A stretch of DNA of 64,000 nt. It comes from Psilocybe cubensis (lineage: Eukaryota). The stretch covers positions 1 to 64,000 of the forward strand of contig CM039005.1 in NCBI GenBank assembly GCA_017499595.2, given 5' to 3'. Of the stretch, positions 60,472-64,000 are shown in pieces. The position numbers and the translations under genes were made by a program. The number at the start of each line of letters is the position of its first letter. The stretch's first letter is position 1. The notes beneath the pieces were generated by a model. That model saw nothing but the letters and a program-made list of their open reading frames with translations. It did no database searches and was not told the DNA's origin.

Positions 60472-63400
60472 AAAGTTTATAGATTGGTATTAAATGTGCA
60501 AATGGACAGCCATAAAGGAGGGCAGAAAAGCAGGCCATGGGAAGATGATACACAAGTGAGGTACAAGGCTATGAAGATTTTGTGGGTACACGCGATGCGA
60601 CGAGAATGATACAAGATGCGTGCTGTGCATGTTGGTGGGAGCTTGGCTGGAAGTATGTAAGCCCTTGAATTTAACCTTGACAGAAAGGCAGAGTGTGAGT
60701 GGTGGAGCAGACTGATGATGTAGTCAAGCCAAGCCAATTGAACCATAAATGACATTAAGACAGAGTGCGAGTGCGACAAAGCCGATAATGGGGTAGTCGA
60801 TGGAAATATAAATGAAAGGGATCTAGAAGAGGTCAATGTAGGAAGAGACGGAGGTGGTAAATAGAGGATTCAGAGAAATATGTAGAGGAACCAAACCGAT
60901 AACTCTTTTACTACACATCCCAATTCCACATGTTGATCATAATGCTAATATATAATACACCCTACCCATGTCTCCACCAACCCTGCTAATCAACATGAGA
61001 CTAAACAAGAACATCAAGACCCCCATAGATCTGAACCCATCGAATCGATCAAGGCATGGTCCATGCCCACGCAAGCATTGACAGGCCCAGCACGATGGGC
61101 AACGCGACTGGCTGACTCAGAACAAGTAAAAGAGACGGAAACAGGGTGATTTAGGTCAGAAAATGAGAGGGGAGGGTGCTGTGTTGGAGCGGGGAACCGC
61201 CCCTCAAACATCAAACGCGTACAGACTAAGGTATGTGCACTTTACATGGAATATATGCGGTCAGCTTGTGGCTGGGGGGTCATTTCAACATGACCCTCGT
61301 CTCTGAATCCCCGCCAGTGCTCGTGCTGGTGAAAATGGCCTTGCGTGTGTGTGTGCGCATTGAATTTTCAGTTTTTGTCGTGGTCTATTCAAGGGCAGAC
61401 GATGCATGTGCGATGCTTAAGATGGTGTGGAGGGTGAGAAGGTGCATACAAAGACGAAGATAGCAAGGGGGACAAGAAAGGGGACGAGGAGATGATGAAC
61501 GCAGAGCGCAGTGTCAATCGGATGACTGGTGTCAACTCTTTCTAGAGCCACACCATGTGCAATGCTGCTTCAGGCCTAGGTAAGGATGTCGGGTAGTTTG
61601 GTGCAAGAATGGGAAGAGAGGGAGGGTAGCGAGTTGGGGAGTGAACATGAGGTTGACGGATTAATAATGTGTTCAAATGGAAGAGAGAAGTTGGTTAAAC
61701 AGCAATGATCACTCACCAGCGCGGAGATAACCACAGAATCCAGCGAACGGGTGAAACAGGGTGAGAGAAAGACAGGAATGCTGGTAGGTTTGTGGAAAAG
61801 GTGAAAATTGTGTATTTGGATGCGTGCGGACAGGTGGAGTCGTCATCGTTGTGCGGGGATGGGAGACCGTTGTTGTATATGAAGTCCATGTCGAGTTACA
61901 TGTCCTACTCGTTCATTTGTACTCTTTTTCCTCACAATCGTGGAGATGTCTACTAATCTCGTTCCAACAGTGAGGTGACCTCGTCACAATCTCCTCCTTC
62001 GTAATAGCTTCGTTCCCAGTTGAATTGGCAGCGGAGGCACTTGTAGAGGGACAGGGATGGTAGAGGGGTGTATACATTTAAGCTGGGAGAGATAAGATGC
62101 AGAGGACATGGAGGCCGAGAAGGGAGTAATGGAGGTCAGCGCACATTGTTGTAATCCACCGCCGGAAAAGAAGTTGAGAAAAAAACCTTCACTCAGCGTA
62201 AGAGCAGGTATATTTCCCACTCTACACCAATCCATCAATGCGTTGTTGAAGATCGTACAAGCCTGAGTATTGAAGTATGTGCCAGAATAATGGGAAATTG
62301 AGGGTGATGGCGGTGGAGTGGTGTGGGTTGTTGCGAAAAAATCAAGCACAAACCACTCACCTAACTTCCCACCTACTCATGCCTCTAACCCACTATCCCG
62401 CGTAAACTCATGCCAGTTGTGCATTCTTGGAGTCCCGCAATGTTCGTGTTGCCATTCGAGTGGTTGGGGAAGAGAAGGTGGTGTAAAACAACAAATTTTG
62501 CGTTGTTTGTCCCTGCTGTTGTCAGTGACATTCAACATCCGCACATAGCGGTGATAACACAGTAAGCCGTGTTGATCACTACTCCTTGCTATTCTCTTAA
62601 AAACTCGTCGAAACTGAGATTCGTGTTGTTTTTACTCTAAATCTTTTGGTGGGTGCATCACTGTGTGCCCAAGCGCGAGTACTAATCAGTTCTTCTCACA
62701 CAGATATTGTGAGCGCAAATGCGAGACTTTGAGGGTGAGGCAAGATTGGGGGTTCGAGTACAATGGTTGCAGTAATATACCCCAACCACTTAAGGTCATT
62801 GGATGTCGGCGAATACCAATACAAATCAGTGGGTGTTGAGTACAATGTACGTTGTATACCAGTGGCTACCACTGGCAGGTCACAGCAATTGCTACTGGCT
62901 GCCATTGACCACCATCTTGTACCATCGTGTAATGGTGAACATATCGCCACCGGAACGTGGTCGGACCCGCATCAGTCAAAAGATGGGCGTCTGAAACTCA
63001 CGACTCTCAATATGAGCCCATATATGCGCCAAGTTCAGCTGTACGATGGTGTGGTCTCGGATGCGTATGGGTTTCAAGTGAAATTTGTGGCGTGTCCTGT
63101 TGAGAGCAGAGTGAGAGTCTGGATGGACGAAGGTGATATTTGGGTGTGCGTGCATGTCGCAGTCGGCGATGTCGAGCGTCGCACGGAGGAGTCCTCAACG
63201 CTTTTCGTATATTCTCAGAAAGGGAGGTAATTGAGTGAGTACAAGTGAAATTTTTAAAAAGGAAAGGTACCGAGTATGATTGCACATCAGTAAGCATGTT
63301 CTTCGCCGCATGGAGCGCGATAGACGCGGGAGTCTCTCGGACAGAACCTCGTCTCCAAATGCCCAGTTGTGCTCGTTCTGGTGATCTACCTATTGCCTGT

Positions 63401-64000
63401 TTAAGACCACGCAACCTCATGAGTGAGTAGACACAGACAAAGATGCCGAAGCGGACGTTTAGGTGCATAAATAGGAGGAAAAGGGGGAGTGGTTTGTGGG
63501 TTGAGCGCAAGGTTAAGGGTAGTGGGTTAAACAGTGATTATAACGCACCAGCACTGAGGTGATCAGTAAATCCAGGTGAACGGGTGAAAAGAAGTAAAAT
63601 AGGGTTGCGAACTTTGGAAGGTTTATGAAGATGAGTCGATATCGTGTGGGCTTGAGAGCGTTGGGATGCCGACGCTGTGCTTGGAGTCACTCTATGTCAA
63701 ATTCAACGTTGTATTTGTTAATTCGCGCTCTTTCCCTTTGCAGTCGTGGATGTCTTTATTCAGCCCCTCCCTTCATTGTGGTGACCTCGTCACGATATCC
63801 TCCTCTGTTGTCGCTTTGTTCCCTTGTGTCTCAAGTCGAATCCACGGCTGCGGAACTCGTAGAGGGGCGGGTAGGTAGTGGGGTTGCATTTGATTAAGCT
63901 GAGAAGGATAAGATGCAGAGGACAGGGAGATCAGCGCACTTGTTGCAGTCCACCGCCGGACAAGAAATTAGAAAAAAAAAAACCTGACTCAACATCGGAG

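Noticed and set aside
61980-64000. Diverged local duplication (62080-62195 vs 63897-63990) and short ORFs
   Set aside because: Similarity is real but short, with no element boundaries or coding evidence

Overview
Eukaryotic DNA, most likely a basidiomycete (Agaricomycete) subtelomere with the chromosome end to the left: C-rich (TAAACCC)n lies on the + strand and genes have short spliceosomal introns. Bases 1-20150 are a head-to-tail array of an endonuclease-deficient Penelope-like retroelement (Coprina/Athena type). It has two full 1176-aa ORFs, one nearly full copy, three copies 5'-truncated at a shared hotspot, and UTR-only units, separated by telomeric tracts. Each ~720-bp non-coding unit carries a type I hammerhead ribozyme (9 copies, one with compensatory changes), several conserved hairpins, and a terminal CCCTAAACCC site where every copy's 3' end lies. 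A conserved 61-nt GC-AG intron appears to switch between a short basic-tailed ORF1 protein and the ORF1-RT fusion. The array is joined through telomeric repeats to a truncated gene resembling telomere-linked helicases. Further in are a divergent intergenic region with 16 mini-hairpin palindromes, a large hypothetical gene, GC-rich minisatellites, an HSP60 fragment, a Crypton-like recombinase relic, a CACGG-ended MITE, a hAT element with 8-bp TSD, a two-gene PIF/Harbinger element with TAA TSD, and an ankyrin gene with a 1-kb inverted duplicate. All calls come from reading the sequence; no searches were run.
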